Virus record (IMG/VR): IMGVR_UViG_3300009104_001827
Location: 124,001 to 188,000 of that record
Length of the DNA stretch: 64,000 nt
Direction: 5' to 3' (one strand)
Shown: piece by piece, positions 1 to 9,467 of the stretch
Layout of the letters: each line of letters starts with the position of its first letter
Position numbering within the stretch: the stretch's first letter is position 1
The notes under the pieces: generated by a model
Database searches by the model: none
What the model saw: only the letters and a program-made list of their open reading frames with translations
Told to the model about the DNA's origin: nothing
Program-made: the position numbers and the translations under genes

Positions 1-384
1 TCTATTGTGGTCCAAAGTATTGTGTTGACTCTCCTCCACCACCGTTTGTCCCAAAATTTGTCAAATGCCCATATGTCTTCTGCCCCCACATAAACATCGG
101 GACGCTCTTCCTCGATAATTGAGTCGATTGTGAGGTGTCCATATCCGGCTTTGTTTTTATTATTCCCGGAATTTTCGTTGTAGTCTTCGGGAAAGGTTCC
201 TACGCACTTCCATGGAAAAAGCTCTAGTGCGGGTGAGTTTTTTTTAATTCCATTCGCAACCTCGACAACTTCATATTTGTCCGTATTGTAAAGGTAGGTC
301 AGTACGTTTCTTGCATTCTTGCCAAACCCCGAAAGCACTCTTGAGCAATTACTGTGAAAGAGTATTTTTTTTTTTTTTAGACAT
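1..384 (-). CDS. Glycosyltransferase-like (GT-B) protein, N-terminal part; runs off window end; frame interrupted by A14 tract
   Basis: ATG at 384 overlaps upstream TAA (TAATG). Frame from 365 to 1 is open: ILFHSNCSRVLSGFGKNARNVL...IIEEERPDVYVGAEDIW, typical of phage GT4-like N-termini. With 14 A the ATG frame stops at 351-349; 13 A would join them. Confidence 0.6.
365..378 (-). repeat. A14 homopolymer (T14 on + strand) just after start codon
   Basis: Counted directly: T at 365-378. Confidence 0.9.
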
Positions 385-920
385 TAAAACGGGGCTTTAT
401 CTTCGCTCCGCGCCTCAGTCTTCTCTTCCGCATGTTTCTTAGATTTGTTTTTTGAGGCCGTAAATAATTCATTAAGGTATCGCTTAAAAAGGCATTTGAG
501 CGTCTCCACTTCGCCGGGCTCCAGGGGGAGTCTAAAAACTTGGTTGCCGTTTCTGGTTAAAACTATCCCGAAGGCGGGAACGGTTAATGATCCGTCTTTA
601 GTTTTTACTTGCTTGTCCCACGGGGTTAATTTAATGGAGGTAGAATTTTCTTCGAAGGTGTGGTAGGTGCTGTACTCGTATCTACCATTAAATGCTGATA
701 TAATACCTCCTATTTCCCACTCATTGAATTTAATGTTTATGTTCTTGTTTGTGTCGCCCCTGTTGTTTGAAAAATTGGCTGTTTTCGTCTTGTCGTCCCA
801 GCTGAATTGTTGTATCGCGCTAACGTAAAGAGCGGGAAGCCCTTTGCTCCCCGGCCCTACGCTAAAATTGAATGCGCAACCCGTATTTTTGCTATTCGGC
901 TTGTATAGGCTGAGGTTCAT
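384..920 (-). CDS. Hypothetical protein, possibly Whirly/PC4-like ssDNA-binding, with SSB-like PF tail
   Basis: 178 aa; beta-strand pattern KNINIKFNEWEIGGII / FRLPLEPGEVETL resembles Whirly repeats; ends EDKAPF. Confidence 0.45.
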   Translation of the reverse strand: MNLSLYKPNSKNTGCAFNFSVGPGSKGLPALYVSAIQQFSWDDKTKTANFSNNRGDTNKNINIKFNEWEIGGIISAFNGRYEYSTYHTFEENSTSIKLTPWDKQVKTKDGSLTVPAFGIVLTRNGNQVFRLPLEPGEVETLKCLFKRYLNELFTASKNKSKKHAEEKTEARSEDKAPF

Positions 921-1833
921 CTTCTTGAAGTGCTACGTTTTTAATGAGGAAGGGGAATTCTTTTTCAAATAAAGATTTTCCTTTACCTCCTTTTTTTACT
1001 TTAAGTCCGGAAGACTCTACTGGTAAATTTTCTATCTCTTCAAACGTGGGCATTTTTGCCTTGGGGTCTAGGGCCCAAAGTAAGGCGTTTTCGTCTGCCC
1101 ATTTCTTCATTCTGCGAATTGGAACAATTAAATTAAAATTCTCTCCAGCTCCTCTTACTAGCATTCCTACATAGGTTCCGCTTTGTAGATATACTCCACC
1201 CCCGCTAGAGCCCGGAAAAGCTGTAACCGTCGTCTGGTCGAACTCGACCTTGCCCTCAACCCTTCCTACTTGAGAGACGATTCCCGTAGTCATGCTGTTT
1301 GCTCCCATTTGACCCAAGAGGGATCCTACGTGAAACAATTGAGTTCCGATCGGGACGATAGCTTCATCTTCATTAAGGTAGAACTTAGCCCCTGCCTTGC
1401 CGTAATTTTTAGCCCGAACCATAAGGAGCGCCAAGTCGTGCCCGTGCTCGTAGTCGCTATACTTAATAACTTTCGCGTCCATTTTCATTTCCCCCACCCT
1501 TCTTCCGTCCTCTACTAATTCCTTGACGATTTGGGCGTCATTGAATTCAATAACCTTCACTGAAGATCCGGACTCGTCAACAACCGTCCTAATGTTTCTA
1601 AGGATATCTACTACGTGCGCAGCGGTCCATACGAAAGTTACGCTTTCTCCTTCTATTTGCCTTGTTATTAAAACTCCGGAGCCTTCCGATTTTCTATAGT
1701 CTCCTTCTGCTTTAATTGTTACGGATATATCCTGCAGGTGTTGCGCTGTTTCTTTTTTATTTACGGCTTTATCTTCCCCTGAAAGGGGAAGGGCTAGCCC
1801 TATGGTTAGTAATGCTAGTGATAGTTTATTCAT
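892..1833 (-). CDS. Secreted trypsin-like serine protease (S1)
   Basis: Signal peptide; catalytic motifs TAAHV, DLALL, GSSGGG. Confidence 0.9.
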   Translation of the reverse strand: MNKLSLALLTIGLALPLSGEDKAVNKKETAQHLQDISVTIKAEGDYRKSEGSGVLITRQIEGESVTFVWTAAHVVDILRNIRTVVDESGSSVKVIEFNDAQIVKELVEDGRRVGEMKMDAKVIKYSDYEHGHDLALLMVRAKNYGKAGAKFYLNEDEAIVPIGTQLFHVGSLLGQMGANSMTTGIVSQVGRVEGKVEFDQTTVTAFPGSSGGGVYLQSGTYVGMLVRGAGENFNLIVPIRRMKKWADENALLWALDPKAKMPTFEEIENLPVESSGLKVKKGGKGKSLFEKEFPFLIKNVALQEDEPQPIQAE

Positions 1834-1839
1834 TATAGT

Positions 1840-1868
1840 ATAATAACATTGTGGTTTATAAATGTCAA
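1840..1868 (-). promoter_or_regulatory. sigma70-type promoter for protease gene
   Basis: TTGACA (1868-1863), 17 bp, TATTAT (1845-1840); ATG 6 nt after -10. Confidence 0.7.
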
Positions 1869-1872
1869 CCTT

Positions 1873-4314
1873 TTATTGACAACTTTCGCAGGTTTCTCCA
1901 TTTTTCATAGCTTCTATACTGCAAGCCGTGGCCTCTGGGTCTCCGTCTGAAGTTGCTTTTTCAATTTTACTTGCAGCCCTGTTTCTTAGGTAGTATGTTG
2001 TTTTTAGTCCTGACTCCCAGCATTTTACGTATATATCATTTAGATACTTTAGAGAGGTGCCCTTGTTGTATAAATTAAAACTTATTGATTGATCCATCCA
2101 TTTCTGTCTTGTTGCGTTACATTCAATTAATTTAAACATGTCTCTATCGAAAACTGTTTTATATTTATCTTTGATCCATGTCGGAATTTCGCCATTAAGT
2201 AAGGATAAATCTCCATCTACGCTCTTTATTAGATTTGCCATCTCCGGGCCCCATAAGCCTTCGGATTTCATGTCTCTTACAAAGTGTTCATTTGCAATAT
2301 AAAAATTTCCGCTCTTGTTTTCATAAACAAATAAAACCGAGAAGTTGGGCTCAATGCTTTGCTCTACGCCGTTGATATAGCCAATTGTTGCAGTGGGGGC
2401 AATCGCCATGACGTTTGAATTTCTCATTCCGTGGTTCGATACAGACTCCCTTGTTTCCTCCCAGTTGAAATTCGTCTTATGCGTCTTCCTCTTTCCTCTA
2501 TACTCTTGCAGGTTGTTCCAGCTGTCTAAAGGTAGTATGTTTTGGTCCCAGAGCGACCCCATGTAGGATTTATAGGCCCCTTTTTCTTTTGCTAAATCAC
2601 TACTTGCCTGAATGGCGTTTTTGCTATAAAATTCAAATAACTTATCGTTGAAGGCTAGCGCCTCTTCGGAGTCTATTTTGATATTTAATTTATGTAAAAC
2701 GTCATGAAGGCCCATAAGTCCTAGCCCTATGGGTCGATGTTGCATATTGGAGTTCTTCGCTTCCGCTGTAGGGTAAAAGTTAAGATCGATAACGTTGTCC
2801 AGCATGCGGACTGCTTTGTGGATGCTGTTTCCTAGGTCGGTCCAGTTGATGTCTGCACCGGTAGATTCTCCGTTCTCATCCCAAAATTCTCTTACATGAT
2901 TATATAAATTAATCGAGCCCAAATTACAGACAGCTGTTTCCCCGATCTCAGTTTTTTCGCCCTTATGATATTGGGAGGCTTTTGTGTGAAGAGTTATTTC
3001 TGTGCAAAGATTAGAGCTATGTACGGCCCCTTCGTGTTGATTTGTATACCGAATGTTGCAAGGGTCCTTAAAGGTATTCCATGGGTGTGAGGTTTCGAAT
3101 AGGACCTTTAGCATTTTCTTCCAAAGCTCTTTGGCTTGTACCTTCCTGAAGTTGTTAATCTCTCCGGCTTCCGCCTTTCTGGAGTAAAGTTCATATTTTT
3201 TATCAAAAGCCTCACCAAAGATATCATGTAGGTCTGGGCACTCCCTTGGGTCGAACATATACCAGTCTTCTCCAGCCTGAGCCTTTCTCATGAATATGTC
3301 TGGGATCCAAGATGCCGTGTTCATGTCGTGGCACCTGAGTCTGTCGTCCCCTGTGTTTCTTCTTAGGTTTAGGAAGTCTTCGAAGTCTAAATGCCACGGT
3401 TCTAGATACGCACAGCCTGCTCCAGGCCGCTTCCCTCCTTGGTTCACTGCTATAAGTAAATCGTTATATATCTTTAGCCATGGAATTAATCCGCTAGAGA
3501 CTCCGTTTGTTCCAGAGATGTGTGAGCCCGTGGACCTAAATGGGGTAACATCGAGTCCGAGCCCTCCTGCAAATTTAGACTTGCGAGCCTCTTGCCATGC
3601 CCCGTCAAAGATTCCATCTATCGAGTCGTCAAAGGTGTTTAAATAACAGGAACTTAATTGTGAATGAGATGTCCCGCTATTAAATAATGTCGGCGTTGAC
3701 GGGGTATAACGCATGCGACTCATGAGGTTGTAGAACTCGATTGCCGAAGCTTCCTTATCGTCTTCGTTTATCGCCAGTCCCATAGCTACCCTCATCCAAA
3801 ATCCCTGGGGAGATTCCATGATCTTGTCGTCTTGGCGAATGAAATACCTATCGTGTAAAGTTTTTAGCCCTAAATATTTAAAAGACAAATCTCTTGCGGG
3901 CTCCAGGGACTCCGAGAGCTTTTTGAGATCGAAGCTTAGTAGTCTTTTGTCGAACCTGTTGTTTTTTACCAATAGCTTTATGTTTTGAATAAAGGTTTTT
4001 CGATACTGGAGATCTAATATGTCGGAGTCTACCCCTTCCCTGAAAACTTCTTTATAGAGACAATTTAATAGTAATCTTGACGCCGCAAAGGAGTAGTTTG
4101 GTTCCTTGAATATCTTGTCTCTAGCAGAAAGAATTAGTGCCTGATCTATTTCTGTGGTGGGGATCTTGTTGTATAATTGTAGTTGTGCATCCAACACTAT
4201 TTCGCTAGCGGAAACATCTGAAAGATCTTCGCAGGCTCTCTCTGCGCAGACATTGATTTTGTCTACGTTAAAGCCTTCGAGTCTTCCGTTTCTTTTTTTT
4301 ACTTGTATGTCCAT
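1873..4314 (-). CDS. nrdA: Ribonucleotide reductase alpha subunit with ATP cone
   Basis: N-terminal VKKRNG ATP cone, QLSSCY, SSNLCTEI, AIAPTA, GLKTTYYLR, C-terminal CxxC. Confidence 0.97.
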   Translation of the reverse strand: MDIQVKKRNGRLEGFNVDKINVCAERACEDLSDVSASEIVLDAQLQLYNKIPTTEIDQALILSARDKIFKEPNYSFAASRLLLNCLYKEVFREGVDSDILDLQYRKTFIQNIKLLVKNNRFDKRLLSFDLKKLSESLEPARDLSFKYLGLKTLHDRYFIRQDDKIMESPQGFWMRVAMGLAINEDDKEASAIEFYNLMSRMRYTPSTPTLFNSGTSHSQLSSCYLNTFDDSIDGIFDGAWQEARKSKFAGGLGLDVTPFRSTGSHISGTNGVSSGLIPWLKIYNDLLIAVNQGGKRPGAGCAYLEPWHLDFEDFLNLRRNTGDDRLRCHDMNTASWIPDIFMRKAQAGEDWYMFDPRECPDLHDIFGEAFDKKYELYSRKAEAGEINNFRKVQAKELWKKMLKVLFETSHPWNTFKDPCNIRYTNQHEGAVHSSNLCTEITLHTKASQYHKGEKTEIGETAVCNLGSINLYNHVREFWDENGESTGADINWTDLGNSIHKAVRMLDNVIDLNFYPTAEAKNSNMQHRPIGLGLMGLHDVLHKLNIKIDSEEALAFNDKLFEFYSKNAIQASSDLAKEKGAYKSYMGSLWDQNILPLDSWNNLQEYRGKRKTHKTNFNWEETRESVSNHGMRNSNVMAIAPTATIGYINGVEQSIEPNFSVLFVYENKSGNFYIANEHFVRDMKSEGLWGPEMANLIKSVDGDLSLLNGEIPTWIKDKYKTVFDRDMFKLIECNATRQKWMDQSISFNLYNKGTSLKYLNDIYVKCWESGLKTTYYLRNRAASKIEKATSDGDPEATACSIEAMKNGETCESCQ

Positions 4315-4329
4315 TTTGGGATGTTTAGT

Positions 4330-4358
4330 AGTTTAACATGAGGGCGCGCTTATTGCAA
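4330..4358 (-). promoter_or_regulatory. sigma70-type promoter for nrdA
   Basis: TTGCAA (4358-4353), 17 bp, TAAACT (4335-4330). Confidence 0.55.
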
Positions 4359-4384
4359 GTAAAATATCAACAACTTATTCACAA

Positions 4385-5200
4385 TTATAAGTTTTTTATA
4401 TCCTGAACCCACCCGTCTTCTTTTGTTGTTAAGCGCCTGTATTTTCTGTAGCTGGCGGTCCATATGGATCCTGGCATTTTTGCTATAGGCAATACATCGA
4501 AATTTTCCTTCATGATTTTTTTGGACTTATACTCCTTAGGTTCAACGTTGACCGCCTTTAACAATGCGTGGCAAATTAATTGCTCTGGAAACCTGAACCT
4601 GCACTTCTCGGACGTGGTCGACAAAAACTCCGCTAACTTAAAGCCGTCCTTTAGGCTTCTTGTTCTACCTCCGATGATATGATCCGACGGGTGAAACTTC
4701 TCCGCAGAGTCTTTTCGGAAGTAAATGTCCGAAGTGAGGAATTTTCCGATAAAATCGGCGCTTATAAGCTTTCTGTAAAATACATCTAGCGCTGGAAATA
4801 TTTCGTCAGATCTGGTTTTGATAGAAAGATAGCCGGTCGCTCGCTTGAGCCCGTTGTGGGTTGTGTGATTTTGATAAGCCCATGGATTCGGCCCTCTTTT
4901 TGAATTGTTGTTTTTGTACCGAGATAAATTGTTGTAATCATTTTGTTCGATATGGACCAGCGGATCTTCGACAAAGTCTTTGATAATGCCCGTGTCGTCG
5001 TCGCTCCAGTGGGAGATTACTAAATTGCCATACTCCTTGTACTTGGTGTCTTTAATTAGCTTAAGATAGTGAGGGATGGACTCGTTCATTCTTTTATGGA
5101 GTGGGCCCTGTACAATAATGGATAGTGAGCACTCTAATCTTTTAAACCTAATGAGTAGATCCTTTAGAAAGTTTACCTCCCAAGACTGATTGTTGACCAT
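4385..5200 (-). CDS. WavE-like LPS/glycan biosynthesis protein
   Basis: SIIVQGP, VISHW, IKTRSDE motifs resemble WavE; sits in sugar cluster. Confidence 0.6.
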   Translation of the reverse strand: MVNNQSWEVNFLKDLLIRFKRLECSLSIIVQGPLHKRMNESIPHYLKLIKDTKYKEYGNLVISHWSDDDTGIIKDFVEDPLVHIEQNDYNNLSRYKNNNSKRGPNPWAYQNHTTHNGLKRATGYLSIKTRSDEIFPALDVFYRKLISADFIGKFLTSDIYFRKDSAEKFHPSDHIIGGRTRSLKDGFKLAEFLSTTSEKCRFRFPEQLICHALLKAVNVEPKEYKSKKIMKENFDVLPIAKMPGSIWTASYRKYRRLTTKEDGWVQDIKNL

Positions 5201-5206
5201 GATAAT

Positions 5207-5629
5207 TTACACTAAAAAGTCCGAGCAAACTCCAAAGCAGGATTGAAATTTCATATACTTTGCATTGGAAGATACTATTACTGACTTTTCGCACACCTTT
5301 TGATGTGGATACGTCCATATGTAACCTTTTGATGTTAAGGTATATGCGTCATTTTCATGCCAGAAAACATTTAAATTTACTATGTTGGACAATAATGATA
5401 ATGCCCCTATGTTTTTACAGTGAATCCAGAGGTGTTGATGGTTTCGCAAGAGGAAGTCTACGTCGCTCTCGTATTGTGGCTCATCATGTCCGAAGTATAT
5501 TCCGTCTAACGCCCAAACGTCCACCTCTGCATCATACCCACGCTTAAACGCCCTCTCCAGGTAATCTGGGGAATTCTCGTCCTTGGCATTCTTGCCGTCA
5601 ATGTTGCCTCTGTGTGCTATTAGCTTCAT
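5207..5629 (-). CDS. Small GDPD/PLC-like phosphodiesterase
   Basis: MKLIAHRGN, ENS, EVDVW, GHD, WIHCKN, GVCSD. Confidence 0.75.
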   Translation of the reverse strand: MKLIAHRGNIDGKNAKDENSPDYLERAFKRGYDAEVDVWALDGIYFGHDEPQYESDVDFLLRNHQHLWIHCKNIGALSLLSNIVNLNVFWHENDAYTLTSKGYIWTYPHQKVCEKSVIVSSNAKYMKFQSCFGVCSDFLV

Positions 5630-6995
5630 AATGTCTGAGGAAGTAGTCTAGGTCCTCTGGCGTCCCTAGTCCCCACATTTGGGATTCGTCAATTTCGTAT
5701 ATTTTAACTTTCTCCTTATTTAAAATACACTCGTTATATGTGGGGCAAACATAAAATTCGCCATTCGTCCTGATGTTTTTATCAATCATCTGTTTTGCTG
5801 CTCTAACGTAATTCTCTCCTCTTCTGAAATAATATACCCCCACCGTTGCGTGCTCGCTTATCGGCTGCTTTTCTGCCACCCTTGTTACCATTCCGTCGCT
5901 CCCAACTTCTGCGTAACTCCATTTGGGGTGGGTCGATGGAAAGGTTAATATCCCTCCGTCGATGTTGTCCCCTGTCATCGAGTACATAAACTGATTACTA
6001 TCCCAGTCTAAGTACTGGTCGGAGTTTGCTATTAGCAACGGCTCCTCGTTGTTTATGAGGTCTTCCGCGAGAAGTGTTGTGCATGCCGCCCCTTCCGTTA
6101 CTCCGTCGACTTGCACAATTTCACAATTAGGAGCTATTAGGTTTAGCGTGTGCTTTAATGCGTATTTTTCGAAATGCTCTTTTTGCACTATAAAGATAAA
6201 TTTAGCATTAATATTAAGGCTTTCCGTTACGAGCTGTATCATCGGCTTGCCTTTGACGTCTATTAGTGGCTTGGGGAAAGTATATCCCGCTTTTTCGAAA
6301 CGAGTTCCCGCTCCTGCCATAGGTATTAAAACATTCATGTTTTTGCCTTCCCATTTTGTTTGCTCTCCTTCTTTGAGGTTGAGCTTGTTGAGGTGTGTTG
6401 TGATTTTTTCATATGTTAAATCTTCGGGGTCGGTTACCGCGCACAGGTTTGCCCCAGAGTCTGCAACCGCTTTTCTTCCCGTATTGGAGTCTTCAATGAT
6501 TAGAGTCTTTTTTGCCGGAACGCCTGACTGTATCATTATCCTGTAATACATTTCGGGGTTTGGTTTTGCTCTTAAGACGTCCTCGTTGGAGTATATGTAA
6601 TCGAAGTAATTCAATATACCTTTGTTATGTAACGCACATATTACGCTTGCTCGTATTGAGTTTGACGCTAGCCCTATTTTATATCCCTTTTCTTTTAGTT
6701 TATGTAATATGAGGTCGAGTTTGAGGTCTTTTTTATATTCCTCCATTAGGGCTATTGTTGCTCTTTGTTTTCGTTCCCAGATATCGTCGTATAAAGATTC
6801 TGGTAGGCCCTTGTTTTTGGTTAATAGTTTTAGCTTTTGCGTTGTAGGTAGCCCGTCGTATGTCGAGAGGTGCTCTTCCTTGGAAATCTTGTATTTTGGG
6901 TAGTGGTTGAATAGTACGGAGTTAAGAGACCTGTAATGTAGTTCCCTTGAGTCTATTAATACTCCATCTAGATCAAATATAATTAGTTCAATCAT
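5598..6995 (-). CDS. HAD phosphatase fused to sugar-phosphate nucleotidyltransferase
   Basis: FDLDGVL, KPNP, IEDS (HAD); LIPMAGAGTRF, PKPLI, GLGTPEDL (NTP transferase). Confidence 0.9.
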   Translation of the reverse strand: MIELIIFDLDGVLIDSRELHYRSLNSVLFNHYPKYKISKEEHLSTYDGLPTTQKLKLLTKNKGLPESLYDDIWERKQRATIALMEEYKKDLKLDLILHKLKEKGYKIGLASNSIRASVICALHNKGILNYFDYIYSNEDVLRAKPNPEMYYRIMIQSGVPAKKTLIIEDSNTGRKAVADSGANLCAVTDPEDLTYEKITTHLNKLNLKEGEQTKWEGKNMNVLIPMAGAGTRFEKAGYTFPKPLIDVKGKPMIQLVTESLNINAKFIFIVQKEHFEKYALKHTLNLIAPNCEIVQVDGVTEGAACTTLLAEDLINNEEPLLIANSDQYLDWDSNQFMYSMTGDNIDGGILTFPSTHPKWSYAEVGSDGMVTRVAEKQPISEHATVGVYYFRRGENYVRAAKQMIDKNIRTNGEFYVCPTYNECILNKEKVKIYEIDESQMWGLGTPEDLDYFLRHYEANSTQRQH

Positions 6996-7740
6996 GTCTT
7001 GCTAGTTTTATTCTTATATTACCAAAATTATTTGAACCCGTCAATTGTTTATATCTGCAATTATTTAGATTCAGGTGGGTTGTGAATACCGACTCAGGCA
7101 CCTTGAGCATATACTCGGGGTAGCCTTCGTCCCAGAGAAAATGTATGGCCTCTCTGATTTTATTTGACGCACACATGTACTTCTCCATTTCCTTCGGCGG
7201 GCCAATGGCCAGCTGGTCGTTGACCTGGTTCGGTAGTGATGCCTTGTCGTAAACAAAGCTAAAGGCGAACTCCTTCTTTAATTCTTCTTCATGATTATAA
7301 ATATTATTACTTTCAAAATATGGTAGTCTAATCAATTTATTTTTAATGCAATCTTCTATTTCGTGTTTTTTTATTTGCTCTAATACTAATATGTCTGGTC
7401 TTAATCTTATTATTAAATCGTATTTAATTTTATTACTTCTTGAATATGAATTGTATAGCCTGTTGCATGAGTGCATGTTGTATAGCATTGGCAACAATCC
7501 CGGACTTATGTCTTGGGAGCAATCGGAGATTAGGTTTTTTATGGCTGGTTTTGTTTCTTCGTAGTTTGAAATATTTATTTTTTTTGGTTTATAGTAATTA
7601 GAGAAATGCTTGTAGTCCTCATCGTCCCACGTTGAAAGGAAGATGTCTGGCTTGAGCGGCCCAACTACGTTCTGAACGACCGAGTCTGCGCAGGACTTCC
7701 ACTCGTCTAGTTTTCCGCTGAAGCATAATGCTATTTTCAT
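6988..7740 (-). CDS. Putative glycosyltransferase-like protein
   Basis: MKIALCFSG, DIFLSTW, YDLIIRLRPD, NDQLAIG, PE: common phage/capsule-locus family. Confidence 0.55.
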   Translation of the reverse strand: MKIALCFSGKLDEWKSCADSVVQNVVGPLKPDIFLSTWDDEDYKHFSNYYKPKKINISNYEETKPAIKNLISDCSQDISPGLLPMLYNMHSCNRLYNSYSRSNKIKYDLIIRLRPDILVLEQIKKHEIEDCIKNKLIRLPYFESNNIYNHEEELKKEFAFSFVYDKASLPNQVNDQLAIGPPKEMEKYMCASNKIREAIHFLWDEGYPEYMLKVPESVFTTHLNLNNCRYKQLTGSNNFGNIRIKLARHD

Positions 7741-8666
7741 TAACTCTGGTACTCCCTCTTCAATAGAGTGTTATTTATGTCATTGGCGCCAAATTGTGGC
7801 GCTATAAAAAAGTTGTCTGTATTTATTAGGTTGTTCATGCAATTCTTCATGTAGTTGGCGTTGTATTCTAGAGGAAAGAAGAGCTGCGGGAATATCAGCC
7901 ATCTAATTTGATGTGCATACGTAACTACATGAGGTTTTGGCGACTCCCTTGCCCAGCACAATGTGGGCTTATTGAAAGTGTATCCCAAGTACTTGATTCC
8001 TGAATCAATTCCAAAAATACCAGAGCAATCCTTGACGAGGCTTATTACTTCCGTTAGTGTTCCTTCAAAGATGTTCACCCCCGCCCCTGTATTTACGACA
8101 GTTTCTATAAAGCTCCTTGTTGATGGGGTGCTCAGGATGAAAAGCTTGAAGTCTTGCGCTAGCTCCGAGATGAACGCATGTAAGTATTCCTCGCTCATTC
8201 TGTGGCCATTCGCTAGATTATCTGAAGCAAGCTGAAGGACTAGGTAGTCTCCGCAATGATCGCCGTCCGGTATTTTGTTTGTGGGAGGAGGGAATGAATA
8301 AAAATATCTTTGCCAGTCGAAGTCGTACGACATCCAATCTAGTGCGTCTATATGCAGGTCATAAAGCCTGTCGTAACTCTCCATGAGTTCATATTGATCC
8401 TTGATTGTGTTCTGTATGCTCTGAGGGCGATTCTCTAACCCAAACTGGGACTTCATCATGTAATCTTTATTTTCTCGATTAAGCAGGAAGACATTGTCGT
8501 AATAATTAAAAAGATAGGTTAGCGCCGAAGACTGTATTATTTCACCTTGAGTTTCAGAGAATAAGTCCAAACGAGCCTTCGGGTATTCATTCAGAATACC
8601 ACGCACAAACCTATTCCCTAATAGGTGGTCACCTATGCCGCCCTCCAGTCTAATGGCAATTTTCAT
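7740..8666 (-). CDS. GT9 (heptosyltransferase-like) glycosyltransferase
   Basis: RLEGGIGDHL N-terminus; FGIDSGIKYL...NKPT C-terminal motif. Confidence 0.7.
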   Translation of the reverse strand: MKIAIRLEGGIGDHLLGNRFVRGILNEYPKARLDLFSETQGEIIQSSALTYLFNYYDNVFLLNRENKDYMMKSQFGLENRPQSIQNTIKDQYELMESYDRLYDLHIDALDWMSYDFDWQRYFYSFPPPTNKIPDGDHCGDYLVLQLASDNLANGHRMSEEYLHAFISELAQDFKLFILSTPSTRSFIETVVNTGAGVNIFEGTLTEVISLVKDCSGIFGIDSGIKYLGYTFNKPTLCWARESPKPHVVTYAHQIRWLIFPQLFFPLEYNANYMKNCMNNLINTDNFFIAPQFGANDINNTLLKREYQS

Positions 8667-8982
8667 CTCTCACCCTTTCTCCTTTTATATAGATATTATT
8701 TCGGTCCTTCACAAAGGTGAGAAGCTCTGTGGAGGTCGCCCCATTAAGGTTGCTTCGCTGTAAGTGACCGCTACCCACCAATCTCTTAAGGCTGTCTGCA
8801 AGCTTGCTTAAGGATATGCCCCCTAAATCCTTGCACATCCTTAACCTGTTGAGATAGATCGGGCGGCCATGGGATCCTTTCGAGCATAAATACATATATA
8901 CCAATATGTCGGTTGGGATTATTCTCTTTGAAATCACATCTAGGTAGATCTCCCTTGGTATTGTTATGAATTTCTGATTCAT
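8650..8982 (-). CDS. Winged helix-turn-helix DNA-binding protein
   Basis: DILVYMYL...LCKDLGGISLSKLADSLKRLVGSGHL-like wHTH pattern. Confidence 0.55.
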   Translation of the reverse strand: MNQKFITIPREIYLDVISKRIIPTDILVYMYLCSKGSHGRPIYLNRLRMCKDLGGISLSKLADSLKRLVGSGHLQRSNLNGATSTELLTFVKDRNNIYIKGERVRDENCH

Positions 8983-8988
8983 CTAAAA

Positions 8989-9017
8989 ATAATAACATTT
9001 CTCCTGCTCGATGTCAA
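8989..9017 (-). promoter_or_regulatory. sigma70-type promoter for wHTH/sugar operon
   Basis: TTGACA (9017-9012), 17 bp, TATTAT (8994-8989); ATG 6 nt after -10. Confidence 0.7.
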
Positions 9018-9060
9018 GCCCGTTTGGATTTTCGAACGCCAACGTGTGATTTTTCAAACA

Positions 9061-9112
9061 CCTATTAATCTAAATATTTATTATATATCTATACCCTATA
9101 TTAGTATTAGAT
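9061..9112. other. AT-rich stretch in divergent intergenic region
   Basis: Almost G-free AT-rich run between two divergent promoters. Confidence 0.5.
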
Positions 9113-9131
9113 TCCCCCTGAAAGAAAACTC

Positions 9132-9160
9132 TTGACTTTTCACATTTGGTGTGCTATGAT
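9132..9160 (+). promoter_or_regulatory. sigma70-type promoter (extended -10)
   Basis: TTGACT, 17 bp, TGnTATGAT; ATG 10 nt downstream. Confidence 0.75.
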
Positions 9161-9170
9161 TTAAGCCTAA

Positions 9171-9467
9171 ATGATTAAACCAGAAAACGATAAAGAGAAA
9201 TTCTTTTACATTCAGAACGGAAACTGGAGCTCTGTCGTCTCCGCAGAGGATAGAAGCTTCGCTTTAAAGAAGGCCTTTAATGAATGTTTAAAAGAGAAGG
9301 ACGCACACTTCATCTCCCCAATAGTCACCGTACTTGATATTGATATCTGTACCAAGGAATTGGCTTTGGAGGATGCCCTGAAGTTTATCCCCGTATTCGA
9401 AGCAGCCGAAGAAGCAGGGGAGGAAGACTTGTCGAAGTCTTTAAGAAGTATTTTTAGGGGTGATTAA
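9171..9467 (+). CDS. Hypothetical protein
   Basis: First ORF after promoter; overlaps next gene. Confidence 0.75.
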   Translation: MIKPENDKEKFFYIQNGNWSSVVSAEDRSFALKKAFNECLKEKDAHFISPIVTVLDIDICTKELALEDALKFIPVFEAAEEAGEEDLSKSLRSIFRGD

